The notes beneath the pieces were generated by a model. It worked only from the letters and a program-made list of their open reading frames with translations. It was not told the DNA's origin and ran no database searches. 64,000 nucleotides of DNA from NCBI GenBank assembly GCA_963664815.2, contig CAXXHB010000003.1, positions 896,001 to 960,000 of the forward strand, written 5' to 3'. Origin of the DNA: Spirochaetota bacterium (lineage in GTDB: Bacteria; Spirochaetota; UBA4802; UBA5550). The translations under genes and the position numbers were made by a program. Below are positions 51,467 through 62,535 of this stretch, in pieces. How positions within the stretch are numbered: the first letter of the stretch is position 1; each line of letters begins with the position of its first letter.

Positions 51467-52838
51467 GACAACCTCCGGAGAGATAGCGGCGATAACCGGC
51501 GGGAAGATAATCTCCGGAGCCCATGATGTTATCATTGAAACTGTATCCACAGATTCAAGGGATCTTGGCGATAATACTCTCTTTATACCGATAATCGGCG
51601 AGTCCTTTGACGGACATAGTTTTATCGATGAGCTTTCTGCCGAAGGGAAGATAGTCTGCTCCCTTACAATGAAAGAAGGTTATGGGATTCCGGCATCCGG
51701 TTCAGAAACTGTTCTGATTAAATGCGACGATACCCTTTCCGCTCTCGGCAGAATCGGTAAATTTCACAGGGACAGGTTCAGACCTGTAATGCTGGGAATC
51801 ACCGGCACAAACGGCAAGACAACTACCAAAGAACTTATTTACGCGGTTTTATCCTCGTCATATAAAACACACAAAAACGTGAAAAATTATAATAATGAAA
51901 TTGGAGTTCCCTTTACCCTCCTTCAGCTTGATGAAGGTCATGAAGCTGCAATAATAGAAATGGGGATGAATCATACGGGGGAGATTGAAAGGCTTTCATT
52001 ATTGGTATCGCCTGAAATCGGCGTTATTACAAATATAGGCGCGGGGCATCTTGAGTTTCTGGGGAGCATGGAGAACGTCGCGTTTGCCAAATCTGAGATT
52101 ATGAAGGGGATGAAGAAGGGTTCCACGCTGATAGTTAACAAAGACACAGAGTGTTTTCATCTGATAAAAAAAATTGCTGATGATAACGGTATTAAACTCT
52201 TCACATTTGGTCTTGATGCCGGTTCAGACCTCAAACCCGATTCGTTTAAGCTTTCTGCTGAAAAAACTGTTTTAGTGTATAAAAATGAAACTGTTACTGT
52301 TCCGTTATACGGCAGACATAATGTGTATAATATACTCGCTGCTCTTGCTGTTTCAGAAATGATGAATATAAAAATTCATCAGGCGGCGGAGGCCCTTTCC
52401 GGTTTTATAAACGTGGGGGGGAGAAGTGAAATCATTGACAGGGGATATACTGTTATCAATGATACATATAATTCAAATCCTCTTTCATCACTCTTTGCCC
52501 TTGAGTCTGTGTGTGATGTATTCCCCGGAAGAAGAAAAATTGCCGTGCTTGCTGATATGAAGGAACTTGGCGAATCATCCTGCGTTTACCATGTAAAGGT
52601 CGGAGAGTTTGCCGGCGCAAGAAATTTTGATCTTCTTCTGCTGTATGGCGAAATGTCGCAGTATTACGAGAAGGGCGCATTATCCGCCGGAATGAACAGT
52701 TCATCTGTGAAGATATTTGATTCAAAAGAAGATATAGCCATTTACCTGAACGGGTATCTGAAGGAAAAAGACGTTGTTCTTGTAAAGGGTTCTCGCTCCA
52801 TGAAAATGGAAGATGTAGTTAACAGACTTATCGCATGA
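51450..52838 (+). CDS. murF: UDP-MurNAc-pentapeptide synthetase
   Basis: GTNGKTTTKE, NNEIGVP, EMGMNH, NDTYNSNP and VKGSR motifs. Confidence 0.95.
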   Translation: MKGTFKTTSGEIAAITGGKIISGAHDVIIETVSTDSRDLGDNTLFIPIIGESFDGHSFIDELSAEGKIVCSLTMKEGYGIPASGSETVLIKCDDTLSALGRIGKFHRDRFRPVMLGITGTNGKTTTKELIYAVLSSSYKTHKNVKNYNNEIGVPFTLLQLDEGHEAAIIEMGMNHTGEIERLSLLVSPEIGVITNIGAGHLEFLGSMENVAFAKSEIMKGMKKGSTLIVNKDTECFHLIKKIADDNGIKLFTFGLDAGSDLKPDSFKLSAEKTVLVYKNETVTVPLYGRHNVYNILAALAVSEMMNIKIHQAAEALSGFINVGGRSEIIDRGYTVINDTYNSNPLSSLFALESVCDVFPGRRKIAVLADMKELGESSCVYHVKVGEFAGARNFDLLLLYGEMSQYYEKGALSAGMNSSSVKIFDSKEDIAIYLNGYLKEKDVVLVKGSRSMKMEDVVNRLIA

Positions 52839-52850
52839 GGTGAAAAAAAG

Positions 52851-53936
52851 ATGTTTTACCATCTGGTACTGCCTTTAAAGGAATATGTTTCGTACTTCAG
52901 ACTGTTTCAATATATAACATTCAGGTCTATGGCCGCGGCTGTTACGTCATTGATTCTTGTTCTCATTTTCGGGAATATAATTATAAAATGGCTTCAGAGG
53001 CTGAAGCTGGGCGAGGAGATACGCGCACTTGGTCCGGAAAGCCACAAATCGAAAGCCGGTACCCCGACAATGGGCGGAATAATAATAGTCGGCGCGGTGG
53101 TAATTTCCATGCTGTTCTGGGGAAATTTTGCAAACCATTATGTCGGTGTTCTGATGGTCGCAACAATATGCCTTACAATTCTCGGTTTTGTTGATGATTA
53201 TATAAAGAGCGTCCGTAAAAAAAAGGACGGAGTGAATGCACAGCTTAAACTTTTTATCTCGATTGTGATAGCGGCAGGCGTTGCTGTCAGTTTATACTTT
53301 TTCCCGTCGAATGTGAAGGAGGCTACAACTCTTTATGTGCCATTCATCAATAATGCAGTGATAAATCTTGGCAGTATCTGGATTGTATTTGCAATAGTAG
53401 TAATTATCGCAAGTTCACATGCGGTAAACCTTACTGACGGCCTGGATGGTCTTGCAACCGGCACTGTGGCAATTGTGGCGGTCACTCTTTCAATTATGAC
53501 ATATCTTACCGGCAATATAAAAACTGCGGAATATCTTTTAATTCCATATATAGCCCACAGCGCCGAGCTGACGGTTTTCCTGTCGGCGCTCACAGGCGCG
53601 CTTATCGGTTTTCTGTGGTTCAACAGCAATCCGGCGACTGTTTTTATGGGAGATACAGGTTCTCTGGCTCTTGGAGGAATAATTGGTATTGTGGCGGTCA
53701 TGATAAAGAAAGAGATTTTTCTTTTTATTGTCGGGGGCGTCTTTGTTATTGAGGCTATTTCGGTGATTATACAAGTGGGATCATTCAAGATGAGGAAAAA
53801 GAGAGTATTTAAAATGGCTCCTATTCATCATCACTTTGAGCTGTCGGGATGGCCGGAGCAGAAGGTCGTTGTTAGAATGTGGATTCTCGGCATTCTGCTG
53901 GCTCTTCTTGGCCTTGCATCTCTTAAAATTATATAA
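52851..53936 (+). CDS. mraY: Phospho-MurNAc-pentapeptide transferase
   Basis: KAGTPTMGG, NLTDGLDGL, FMGDTGSL and MAPIHHHFEL motifs. Confidence 0.97.
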   Translation: MFYHLVLPLKEYVSYFRLFQYITFRSMAAAVTSLILVLIFGNIIIKWLQRLKLGEEIRALGPESHKSKAGTPTMGGIIIVGAVVISMLFWGNFANHYVGVLMVATICLTILGFVDDYIKSVRKKKDGVNAQLKLFISIVIAAGVAVSLYFFPSNVKEATTLYVPFINNAVINLGSIWIVFAIVVIIASSHAVNLTDGLDGLATGTVAIVAVTLSIMTYLTGNIKTAEYLLIPYIAHSAELTVFLSALTGALIGFLWFNSNPATVFMGDTGSLALGGIIGIVAVMIKKEIFLFIVGGVFVIEAISVIIQVGSFKMRKKRVFKMAPIHHHFELSGWPEQKVVVRMWILGILLALLGLASLKII

Positions 53937-53949
53937 AAGGTTGAAGTAA

Positions 53950-55335
53950 ATGACTGAAGTCTACGGAAAAGTACTGGTTGTCGGTCTTGGTTACAGAACC
54001 GGAGTTGCTGCGGCGGGATTTTTATCTGCACGTGGAGCGGTTGTTACAGTTTCTGATATCAAAAGCGAAGATGAACTCAAAGACCTGATATCTAAACTTG
54101 ACCCTGCTGTAAAGGTTATTGCCGGGCATCAGAAACCGGAGATACTTGATAACGGATTTGACCTTGTTGTACTAAGCCCGGGAGTCCCTGCAGCCATACC
54201 GCTTATTCAGGAGGCTTACAGCAGAAAGATTCCTGTAATCTCCGAGATTGAACTTGCATTCCGCAACATGAAGGGGAGTATTATAGGCATTACCGGGACA
54301 GACGGCAAATCCACTACCACAACTCTTACCGGCCATATATTCAGCGAACTTGGGTTTGATACTTTTATCGGCGGGAATATCGGGATACCATTAATTTCGT
54401 TTGCCGATAAAACAACGGATAAAACAGTAACTGTTATTGAACTTTCGTCATTTCAGCTTGAAACTGTAGACACCTTCAAACCTGATGTGGCGGCAATACT
54501 CAATGTTACACCGGATCACCTTGACAGATACAGTGATATGGAAGGATATTTCAGCGCAAAAAAAAGAATCTTTCTGCACCAGGATTATGATGATTTTTTC
54601 ATATACAACAGGGATAATGAAATCCTGGAAAACAGCAGAAAAGATTACCCTTCGAAGACATTAACATTTTCTGTTGACGATGAAAGCGCGGACTCTTTCT
54701 ATATGGATGGAGTGGTCTACATTATACATGAAGGTTCAACAATACCGGTAGTTAAAGTGAATAAGCTTAACATCATGGGGATACACAATATTCAGAATGT
54801 TATGGCATCTGTCCTTATGGTTACCTCTCTTCATAAAAAACTGGGAATCACGCCGGACTTCCATATGATTGCAGAAGCCTGCTACTCGTTTAAGGGTCTG
54901 GAACACCGGATGGAATATGCCGGTGAGTTTATGGGAAGAACCTTTGTAAACGATTCCAAGGCAACTACTATCGGTGCTGTCGAGATGGCTGTTAAGAGCA
55001 TCAAAGACAGGGGTGTCGTCATAATAGGCGGAAGGACAAAGGGTGATGATTACACGAGACTCAGGGATGTAATCGGAAGCAAAGCGAGATGTATTGTGCT
55101 TATCGGTGAATCGAGCGATATGTTTTCAGAAATTTTCAGAGGATTCAATATTGTCAGGGCGTCAACTATGGAGGATGCTGTTTTGAAGTCGATGAAAAAC
55201 TCTGAAGAGGGGGACATGATTCTGCTCTCTCCGGCCTGTGCCTCTTTTGACATGTTCACAAGCTATGACGAGCGCGGAAAAATATTTAAAGATTGCGTTA
55301 ATAAACTGTCGGAGGGTAAAATCTCTTGGATCTGA
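53950..55335 (+). CDS. murD: UDP-MurNAc-L-Ala--D-Glu ligase
   Basis: LSPGVP, GTDGKSTTT, ELSSFQL, DHLDRY, NDSKAT and LSPACASFD motifs. Confidence 0.96.
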   Translation: MTEVYGKVLVVGLGYRTGVAAAGFLSARGAVVTVSDIKSEDELKDLISKLDPAVKVIAGHQKPEILDNGFDLVVLSPGVPAAIPLIQEAYSRKIPVISEIELAFRNMKGSIIGITGTDGKSTTTTLTGHIFSELGFDTFIGGNIGIPLISFADKTTDKTVTVIELSSFQLETVDTFKPDVAAILNVTPDHLDRYSDMEGYFSAKKRIFLHQDYDDFFIYNRDNEILENSRKDYPSKTLTFSVDDESADSFYMDGVVYIIHEGSTIPVVKVNKLNIMGIHNIQNVMASVLMVTSLHKKLGITPDFHMIAEACYSFKGLEHRMEYAGEFMGRTFVNDSKATTIGAVEMAVKSIKDRGVVIIGGRTKGDDYTRLRDVIGSKARCIVLIGESSDMFSEIFRGFNIVRASTMEDAVLKSMKNSEEGDMILLSPACASFDMFTSYDERGKIFKDCVNKLSEGKISWI

Positions 55336-56483
55336 AAGATGTGCTTGATACAAGAAGAAAGGGTGAGCCGGATCTGGTTCTTTTCATGGCAGTCTTTACG
55401 CTTGCAGGTATCGGGCTTGCAATGAGTTACAGTGCCAGCGCTGTATTTGCCTTCCGCGTATTCGGCGATTCTTTTCATTTTCTTAAACGGCAGATTGCAT
55501 GGGCGGTGATAGGTCTTGCAGCGCTTTTTATCTTTCAGAGAATAGATTACAGGGAATACATCAAGCATACAAGAATTATGCTTCTTGTCTCAATACTGCT
55601 TCTTTTAATTGTACTGATTCCGGGACTTGGTTCCAGTGTCAAGGGATCGTCAAGATGGATCAGTATAGGTCCGGCAAACATTCAGCCCTCAGAGTTCATT
55701 AAACTGGTCGCCGTAATATACCTTGTGAAAATATACTCCTCGGAAACAAAAGAAAACCATGTAATACAGCTCCTTGTCCCTATGCTGGTAATTGCCCTAA
55801 TATTTATTCTTGTAATGCTCCAGCCCGATTTCGGGACCGCAATGGATCTTCTTGTTGTATCTGTATTTATACTTTTTGTATCAGGGTTTCCTCTGTTCTA
55901 TATTCTTTCACTTTTTATCCTGAGTATTCCGATGTTCTATCTGCTGATATACCAGGTTTCATACAGATGGGATCGTGTCCTGGCCTATGTTGACCCATGG
56001 CATGACAGGTATGGTATAGGATATCATGTAATCCAGTCATTTACGGCTTTTAAAAAAGGGGGACTTTTGGGGGTTGGACTCGGTTTCGGAACACAGAAAA
56101 TTGCGAGGCTGCCTGAACCTCATACTGATTTTATATTCGCGGTGATAGCTGAAGAAACCGGGTTAATCGGCACAGTTTTTCTTGCGCTTCTTTTCTGCTT
56201 CATTTTCTGGAGAGGTACGCTGATTGCCCTGCAGGCGCCTGATGATTTTGGAAGGCTGCTGGCTGTGGGTTTAAGTTTACTGATAGTTGTACAGGCGTTT
56301 ATTAATATGGGAGTGGTTACTGGCGCGCTTCCCACTACCGGTGTTCCGCTGCCGTTTATAAGCTATGGCGGTTCTTCCCTGCTGACCAATATGATTGCCT
56401 CGGGGATACTGCTGAATATATCTAAATACAGGGAAGTATCTGTACGTGAAGTGAAATTTGAAGAGGTATGGAGTAATGAGTAA
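55326..56483 (+). CDS. ftsW: Peptidoglycan polymerase FtsW
   Basis: YSASA, RWI...QPSEF, QPDFG, LPEPHTDFIF and PLPFISYGGSSL motifs. Confidence 0.96.
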   Translation: MDLKDVLDTRRKGEPDLVLFMAVFTLAGIGLAMSYSASAVFAFRVFGDSFHFLKRQIAWAVIGLAALFIFQRIDYREYIKHTRIMLLVSILLLLIVLIPGLGSSVKGSSRWISIGPANIQPSEFIKLVAVIYLVKIYSSETKENHVIQLLVPMLVIALIFILVMLQPDFGTAMDLLVVSVFILFVSGFPLFYILSLFILSIPMFYLLIYQVSYRWDRVLAYVDPWHDRYGIGYHVIQSFTAFKKGGLLGVGLGFGTQKIARLPEPHTDFIFAVIAEETGLIGTVFLALLFCFIFWRGTLIALQAPDDFGRLLAVGLSLLIVVQAFINMGVVTGALPTTGVPLPFISYGGSSLLTNMIASGILLNISKYREVSVREVKFEEVWSNE

Positions 56484-57594
56484 AAATATACTTATCATTG
56501 GAGGGGGAACAGGGGGTCATATAAGCCCCGGGATTGCCCTTTATGAAAAACTCGGCGAAGATGGAAAAACAAGCCCGCTATTCCTTACAGGAATTAATGA
56601 TCTGAGATTCGGATCTTTCAGTGAGATTGATAAAGAAAAGCTTTATACATACAATGCACCGGCGCTAACGAGAAATCCTTTTAAAATACCATTTTTCCTT
56701 TTAAGATTTACCGGCGCTGTCATGAAGACCATGAGAGTAATCAGAAAGAATAATGTATCGGCAGTTGTCGGAATGGGCGGTTACGTTTCGGCGCCGGCGC
56801 TTGTTGCGGCCAGGCTTCTCAAAATGCCTATTTTTCTCTGTGAACAGAATACTGTTCCCGGGAAGGTAACTGTTAAATTTGAAAAATATTGTGAAAAAAT
56901 ATTCGGAACTTTCCCCGATTCTGCATCTTATTTTAAGATGCCTGAAAAATATATCCACTGCGGGAATCCCATAAGAAACAACGTTCTGGTTCAGACACCG
57001 AAAAACGAGGCAAAGAAAGCATTTCATCTTGATCATTGTGATAAGGTTATACTTATAATCGGAGGGAGTCAGGGCGCCGTAAAACTCAATGATCTTGTAC
57101 TCGGGCTGAAAAAAGCATACCCCGGAGAGTTTAAAAATATAGGAATTATCTGGAGTACCGGGGATTACTCATTCGACGAGTATAAACTGAAGTCACAAAC
57201 CGAAGTTGAGGCCGGATCGGTTTATATCTCACCCTATATTAAAAGAGTCGGCAAGGCGTACAGAGCCTGTGACATATCGATATCAAGATCAGGCGCGGGT
57301 GTTATGATGGAACTTGCAGCAGCAGGCGTTCCTTCTATACTGATTCCCTATCCCTTTGCAGCAATGGACCACCAGAGTAAAAACGCAGATTCATTTGCCG
57401 CAGCCGGAGCAGCAGTGAAAATCTCTGATAATGATGCTGTGGCGGAAAAAGTAGCTCCTGTGCTTTTTGACCTGCTCAGAAGTCCCAGGAAACTTAAAAT
57501 CATGTCTGACTGCGCGAAGAAAGCCTCCAAAATTGATGCTGCTGATGTAATAGTAAAAACCATAAAAGAAATACTTGAGATCAGAGGTAAGTAA
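56476..57594 (+). CDS. murG: Lipid II GlcNAc transferase
   Basis: GGGTGGHISP, GGYVS, EQN, GNPIR, GGSQGA, SRSGA and HQSKNA motifs. Confidence 0.96.
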   Translation: MSKNILIIGGGTGGHISPGIALYEKLGEDGKTSPLFLTGINDLRFGSFSEIDKEKLYTYNAPALTRNPFKIPFFLLRFTGAVMKTMRVIRKNNVSAVVGMGGYVSAPALVAARLLKMPIFLCEQNTVPGKVTVKFEKYCEKIFGTFPDSASYFKMPEKYIHCGNPIRNNVLVQTPKNEAKKAFHLDHCDKVILIIGGSQGAVKLNDLVLGLKKAYPGEFKNIGIIWSTGDYSFDEYKLKSQTEVEAGSVYISPYIKRVGKAYRACDISISRSGAGVMMELAAAGVPSILIPYPFAAMDHQSKNADSFAAAGAAVKISDNDAVAEKVAPVLFDLLRSPRKLKIMSDCAKKASKIDAADVIVKTIKEILEIRGK

Positions 57595-57595
57595 A

Positions 57596-58960
57596 TTGTT
57601 CAGAAAATCCAAAAGAATGCATTTTATAGGTATAGGCGGAATCGGTATGAGCGGTATTGCCGAGATACTTATAAATTTAGGATACGAAGTGTCAGGTTCC
57701 GATCTTAAATCATCGGAACAGACAAGAAGACTTGAGTCTCTCGGTGCGAAAGTCTTTGTCGGACATTTCCCTTCAAATATAACAGATTATCATGTAGTGG
57801 TAACATCCAGCGCCATAGACCCGACAAATCCTGAAATTATTGAAGCGAGAAAAAGAAATATCCCCATCATACACCGCTCAGAGATGCTTGCAGAACTGGT
57901 ACGTCTCAAACATGGTATAGGAGTAGCGGGAACCCACGGTAAAACAACAACATCGTCCATGCTCGCATCTGTTCTGAGCGATGGCGGAATGAATCCCACG
58001 GCGATAATCGGAGGGAAGGTATTCAATTTCGGATCAAACGCAAGGGTGGGTGAGGGACAGTATATAGTTTTTGAAGCGGATGAGTCAGACGGTTCTTTCC
58101 TTAAACTTCTTCCGAGTATTGCAATTGTAACCAACATTGATGCGGATCATCTCGATCATTATAAATATTTTGAAGGGCTGAAGGATGCTTTCCTGCAGTA
58201 TATAAACAATATCCCGTTTTACGGATATTCGGTTTTATGTACTGATGATAATGTAATAAAGGATCTTCTGCCGAGAATTGACCGGCCGTACTACACATAC
58301 GGTTTTAACGACGATGCAGACTTCACGGCATATAATGTAAGAATGGAAAATGGTACTACATGTTTTACCTGCAACTATAAAAAAAACCCTGTGGGAGATT
58401 TTTCTTTATACCAGCTGGGCAATCATAACGTTCTTAACTCCCTCTCTGTTATAGCTGTTGCGCTTGAACTTGGACTTAAATATGAGCAGATAAAAGCCGG
58501 ACTGAATAATTTTAAGGGAGTCGGAAGAAGGCTTGAGAAGATTGGAGAGAAGAACGGAATACTTGTAATGGATGATTACGGGCATCATCCCACCGAAATC
58601 AGGGCAACGCTGTCAGCTCTCAAAAACCTTGGGCGGAGGATAGTTGTAATATTCCAGCCGCACCGCTATACGAGGACTGAACTTCTGTGGGATGAATTCG
58701 GTCAGTCTTTCGCAAACGCCGATGAAGTATTTCTCGCTGATATTTACCCGGCCGGAGAGGACCCGATTGAGGGAGTTTCAGCCGATCTGATATGCCAGGC
58801 GGTTAAGAAGCATGAAAACAGGGAAGCAGTTTATATTCATAAGTTTGAGGATATAGCTGCAACTGTGGTAAAAGTTTTAAAAGAGGGTGATATTGTAATC
58901 ACGCTGGGAGCCGGGGATATTCATAAAGCGGGCCCAGTAATACTTGAGCTGATAAAGTGA
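57596..58960 (+). CDS. murC: UDP-MurNAc--L-Ala ligase
   Basis: HFIGIGGIGMSG, GTHGKTTT, EADESD, DDYGHHPTE and FQPHRYTR; TTG start after gaggt. Confidence 0.96.
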   Translation: MFRKSKRMHFIGIGGIGMSGIAEILINLGYEVSGSDLKSSEQTRRLESLGAKVFVGHFPSNITDYHVVVTSSAIDPTNPEIIEARKRNIPIIHRSEMLAELVRLKHGIGVAGTHGKTTTSSMLASVLSDGGMNPTAIIGGKVFNFGSNARVGEGQYIVFEADESDGSFLKLLPSIAIVTNIDADHLDHYKYFEGLKDAFLQYINNIPFYGYSVLCTDDNVIKDLLPRIDRPYYTYGFNDDADFTAYNVRMENGTTCFTCNYKKNPVGDFSLYQLGNHNVLNSLSVIAVALELGLKYEQIKAGLNNFKGVGRRLEKIGEKNGILVMDDYGHHPTEIRATLSALKNLGRRIVVIFQPHRYTRTELLWDEFGQSFANADEVFLADIYPAGEDPIEGVSADLICQAVKKHENREAVYIHKFEDIAATVVKVLKEGDIVITLGAGDIHKAGPVILELIK

Positions 58961-58966
58961 GATAAT

Positions 58967-59662
58967 GTGAACCTGAAAAGAATAATATTTCCGGTTATTA
59001 TTGCTTTTGCTGTAGCAGCACCGGCGGCATCTGATTCTCCTGTTTATATTGAAAGAATCGAGTTCAAAGGGATAAAGAATGTTGATAAATATGAAATTGT
59101 CAGAAATTCAAGGGCAAAAGTATCGGAGAAGGGGATAATCATTGATATAAACAGCCTTAAAGAGGTTATGAACGGAAGTGTTATGATTAATAATTATGAT
59201 GTTGATGTTGAAAACAATACGCTGATCATAACAGTAACTGAAAAATACCCGTTATTTATGGTACTCAAGGTTGAAAAAAATATCAGTATTCCATGTCTTG
59301 TCGATGAAAACAGAAATGTTCTTGAATCGGGGCGATTTTTTAAAACAGATATGCCGATAATAATTGCAGAGAAAGAGTTCTTTGATAACGAAAAGAATAA
59401 TTTCTATTTTAAGAGTCTGTTTGACAGCCTGTCATGGCTATTAAGGGAAAAGGGTGATTTCGCCGGAGAGCTCTCCGAGATAGAAATACGGGAGAATATG
59501 GATCTCAGGATAAAATTAAAAAGCCGAAAAACAGGTTTTATTGTAAAAAATGATTTGAAAGGTTTTATTAAAATTGAGAAGAGTGCCGCTTACCTTGATG
59601 CAGTGAATACCTATCCTGAGATGCTTGATCTCAGGGATAAAAGGGTTCTCATCGGGCAATAG
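58967..59662 (+). CDS. ftsQ: Cell division protein FtsQ/DivIB-like (POTRA)
   Basis: Position between murC and ftsA; IERIEFKG...ITVTEK POTRA-like segment and C-terminal LDLR. Confidence 0.6.
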   Translation: MNLKRIIFPVIIAFAVAAPAASDSPVYIERIEFKGIKNVDKYEIVRNSRAKVSEKGIIIDINSLKEVMNGSVMINNYDVDVENNTLIITVTEKYPLFMVLKVEKNISIPCLVDENRNVLESGRFFKTDMPIIIAEKEFFDNEKNNFYFKSLFDSLSWLLREKGDFAGELSEIEIRENMDLRIKLKSRKTGFIVKNDLKGFIKIEKSAAYLDAVNTYPEMLDLRDKRVLIGQ

Positions 59663-59677
59663 ACAAGAGGTTAATGT

Positions 59678-60901
59678 ATGGAAGATATTATTGTAGGCCT
59701 TGATGTCGGGACGACAAAAACATGCGCGGTGATCGGGTACCTGAATGAAAATAATCAGGTTGAGATTGCCGGAGTTGGAGTTGCCCCTTCAAGAGGATTG
59801 AAAAACGGGGTTATAGTTAATATAGATAATACTTCAGCGTCAATAGTCAAGGCTATTGAGGATGCAGAGCTTATGGCGGGGTACGAGGTAAGCAGCGTAT
59901 TTGTCGGAATCAGCGGTCAGCATATAAAGGGTGAAAATTCAAAGGGTGTTGTGGCAATTGCCAACAGGAACAGAACAATATCCACTCTTGAAGTAAAAAG
60001 AGTAATTGAAGCGGCGCAGGCAATTGTAATCCCTGTTGACAGGGAGATAATGCACGTTCTGTCAAAGGAATTTTCAGTTGATGATCAGTCCGGAATAAAA
60101 GATCCGGTTGGAATGAGCGGTGTGAGGCTTGAGGCTGAGGTTCATATAATAACTGCGGCAACTACAAGCATTCAGAACATGATAAAATCAGTGGCCAAGG
60201 CCGGTTTTCAGCACAGGGATATTGTTTTTAACCCGATTGCATCGGCAGATGCAGTTATAGGGAGAGATGAACGTGATCTGGGAGTAGCGCTTGTGGATTT
60301 AGGTGGAGGAACAACAGATATTATAGTATATCTGGAAGGGGGGGTGGCGTATTCTTCAGTACTTCCTGTGGGGAGTATTCATATAACAAACGATATATCA
60401 ATAGGACTCAGAACTTCAATTGAATCGGCGGAAATGATAAAGAAGAAGTATGGCTGCGCAGAGCTGTCTCTTGTTGACGCATCTGAAATGGTTGAAGTGC
60501 CGTCAGTCGGAGGCAGGGCTCCGAGAAGACTGTTCCGGCAGGAACTTACGCAGATTATTCAGCCCCGTGTAAGCGAGATAATGGAGATGGTTGACCATGA
60601 ACTGATGAAAAGCGGCAGAAAGGATATGCTGGCGGCCGGAATTGTAATAACCGGCGGTGGAAGTATGCTTGATGGATGTGTCGAAGCGGCTGAAAGGGTG
60701 TTTAATATGCCTGTGCGGATAGGAACACCGTCAGATATAGTTGGACTCAAAGATGTTGTGGCGACTCCGCAGTTTGCTAACGGGGTTGGTCTTCTGAAAT
60801 ATGGCATAAAGATGAGCAAGTTCCGGGGGCAGGGGAAGTACAGTCAGAGAAAATCCGGGTTAGTTGACAAGCTTAAGAAAGTATTTGAGGAGTATTTGTA
60901 A
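59678..60901 (+). CDS. ftsA: Cell division protein FtsA
   Basis: VGLDVGTTK, GMSGVRLEAEVH, VDLGGGTTD and VITGGG motifs; C-terminal amphipathic helix. Confidence 0.97.
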   Translation: MEDIIVGLDVGTTKTCAVIGYLNENNQVEIAGVGVAPSRGLKNGVIVNIDNTSASIVKAIEDAELMAGYEVSSVFVGISGQHIKGENSKGVVAIANRNRTISTLEVKRVIEAAQAIVIPVDREIMHVLSKEFSVDDQSGIKDPVGMSGVRLEAEVHIITAATTSIQNMIKSVAKAGFQHRDIVFNPIASADAVIGRDERDLGVALVDLGGGTTDIIVYLEGGVAYSSVLPVGSIHITNDISIGLRTSIESAEMIKKKYGCAELSLVDASEMVEVPSVGGRAPRRLFRQELTQIIQPRVSEIMEMVDHELMKSGRKDMLAAGIVITGGGSMLDGCVEAAERVFNMPVRIGTPSDIVGLKDVVATPQFANGVGLLKYGIKMSKFRGQGKYSQRKSGLVDKLKKVFEEYL

Positions 60902-61306
60902 TTTTTTTTGCCAAATTGCCAATAAGATTAAAACTGATTTGACAAATAAAATTAATTTTTTTAAATATAAATACTTTATTAGCAATAGCAATGATTAATC
61001 CTATTTTAATTAATTTAAAATTCTCTGGGCATGACTTTTAGTATTTTTTCCGGTTTTACATTATATTAAACTGTGGATGCCGGAATTTAATGAGTTAATC
61101 AGGAACGGTAAACCGACATTCTGTTTACTCTGTCGAAGGTTTTTAAGGTTATCAGGTTGCGGCGCAGATTACATCAGCCGTTTGGACTGGGCGGATTTTT
61201 ATAAAGAATAATAAAGTCATATGAATCAGATTTAAAAGAGACTCTAAGTATAAGCTTTAATGAGACATAATGCAGGATAAATAAAAAGACCGGATCGGGA
61301 GGATAC

Positions 61307-62488
61307 ATGTTCAAACTAGAAGAAGAAAAGCCGATGTCAACGATTATTAAGGTTATAGGTGTTGGTGGAGCGGGAACCAATGCTGTTAACAGAATGATCG
61401 CTACTGGCATGGACGGTGTAGAGTTTATCGTTGCCAATACGGATGCGCAGCAGCTTCGGGATTGCCTGGCACAGGAAAAGATTCAGCTTGGATCTAAACT
61501 AACCAGGGGACTTGGTGCGGGTGCCAATCCGGAGATTGGCAGGGAAGCCGCCAATGAGGACAGGGACAAGATAAGTAAGTCCCTGAAAGGCGCAGATATG
61601 GTTTTCATCACTTCGGGAATGGGTGGCGGGACCGGAACAGGAGCTGCCCCCGTTGTAGCCGAGGTTGCGAAAGAGCAGGGAGCCCTTGTTGTCGGTGTTG
61701 TGACCAAGCCTTTTAAAGTTGAAGGAAAAAGAAGAATGGCGCAGGCGGAGGAGGGGATAAGGAATCTTAAAACTAAAGTAGATACTCTTATTACAATTCC
61801 TAACGATCTTCTTCTTAAAATAATAGACAGGAAAACTCCCATTGAAGATGCATTCAAACTTGCAGATGATATACTGCGACAGGGTGTACAGGGAATAGCC
61901 GATCTTATTATGGTAACAGGCCTTGTAAATGTTGACTTTGCTGATGTCAGAACTGTAATGAAAGAAACAGGCGACGCGCTTATGGGTGTAGGTATAGGAA
62001 CCGGTGAGAATAAGGCTCTTGAGGCGACAATGATGGCTATAAACAGCCCTCTTCTCGAGGAGACAAGTATTGAGGGGGCAAAGGCTGTACTCATCAATAT
62101 CGCCGGCGGTAATGACCTTTCACTCCATGAAGTGAACGAAGTTACAAATGAAATAACAAGGCAGGTAGATCCCGATGCCAATATAATTTTTGGTACAACT
62201 GTTGATCCAGCGCTTGATGACAAGGTGAGAATAACGGTAATAGCAACAGGTTTTGACCGGAAAAAGAATATGCTGACGGTGAATACTGTTAACAACATAA
62301 AACCGAGAGAAACCATAAGGGAAACAGGAGCAGCACTTACGCTGATCGAGGGGAAACAGGAAATACAGAAACCGAAACCGGTAGTCGCAAACAGGACATT
62401 TACGCTGGATTATGAAAGGAAAAACAGGAAAGATTACTCGAATGAAGACCTGGATATTCCGGCATTTTTAAGAAGAATGAGTGAATAG
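61307..62488 (+). CDS. ftsZ: Cell division protein FtsZ
   Basis: [29 protein letters not shown] and DIPAFLRR motifs. Confidence 0.98.
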   Translation: MFKLEEEKPMSTIIKVIGVGGAGTNAVNRMIATGMDGVEFIVANTDAQQLRDCLAQEKIQLGSKLTRGLGAGANPEIGREAANEDRDKISKSLKGADMVFITSGMGGGTGTGAAPVVAEVAKEQGALVVGVVTKPFKVEGKRRMAQAEEGIRNLKTKVDTLITIPNDLLLKIIDRKTPIEDAFKLADDILRQGVQGIADLIMVTGLVNVDFADVRTVMKETGDALMGVGIGTGENKALEATMMAINSPLLEETSIEGAKAVLINIAGGNDLSLHEVNEVTNEITRQVDPDANIIFGTTVDPALDDKVRITVIATGFDRKKNMLTVNTVNNIKPRETIRETGAALTLIEGKQEIQKPKPVVANRTFTLDYERKNRKDYSNEDLDIPAFLRRMSE

Positions 62489-62505
62489 TATCAACCCGAT
62501 ATACG

Positions 62506-62535
62506 GGCTGCCCGGTCTACGGGCAGCCATTTTTT
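62506..62535 (+). terminator. Rho-independent terminator after ftsZ
   Basis: ggctgcccg-gtcta-cgggcagcc followed by a T-run. Confidence 0.8.

Noticed and set aside
61070-61200. c-di-GMP-I riboswitch suggested by ggtaaacc
   Set aside because: The GAAA tetraloop / GCAAA second-stem elements are not present
61483-62316. Long antisense ORFs (e.g. 61483-62316, 17595-18347, 4308-4952, 8796-9395, 48959-49519)
   Set aside because: They shadow well-supported genes on the opposite strand and show no family motifs
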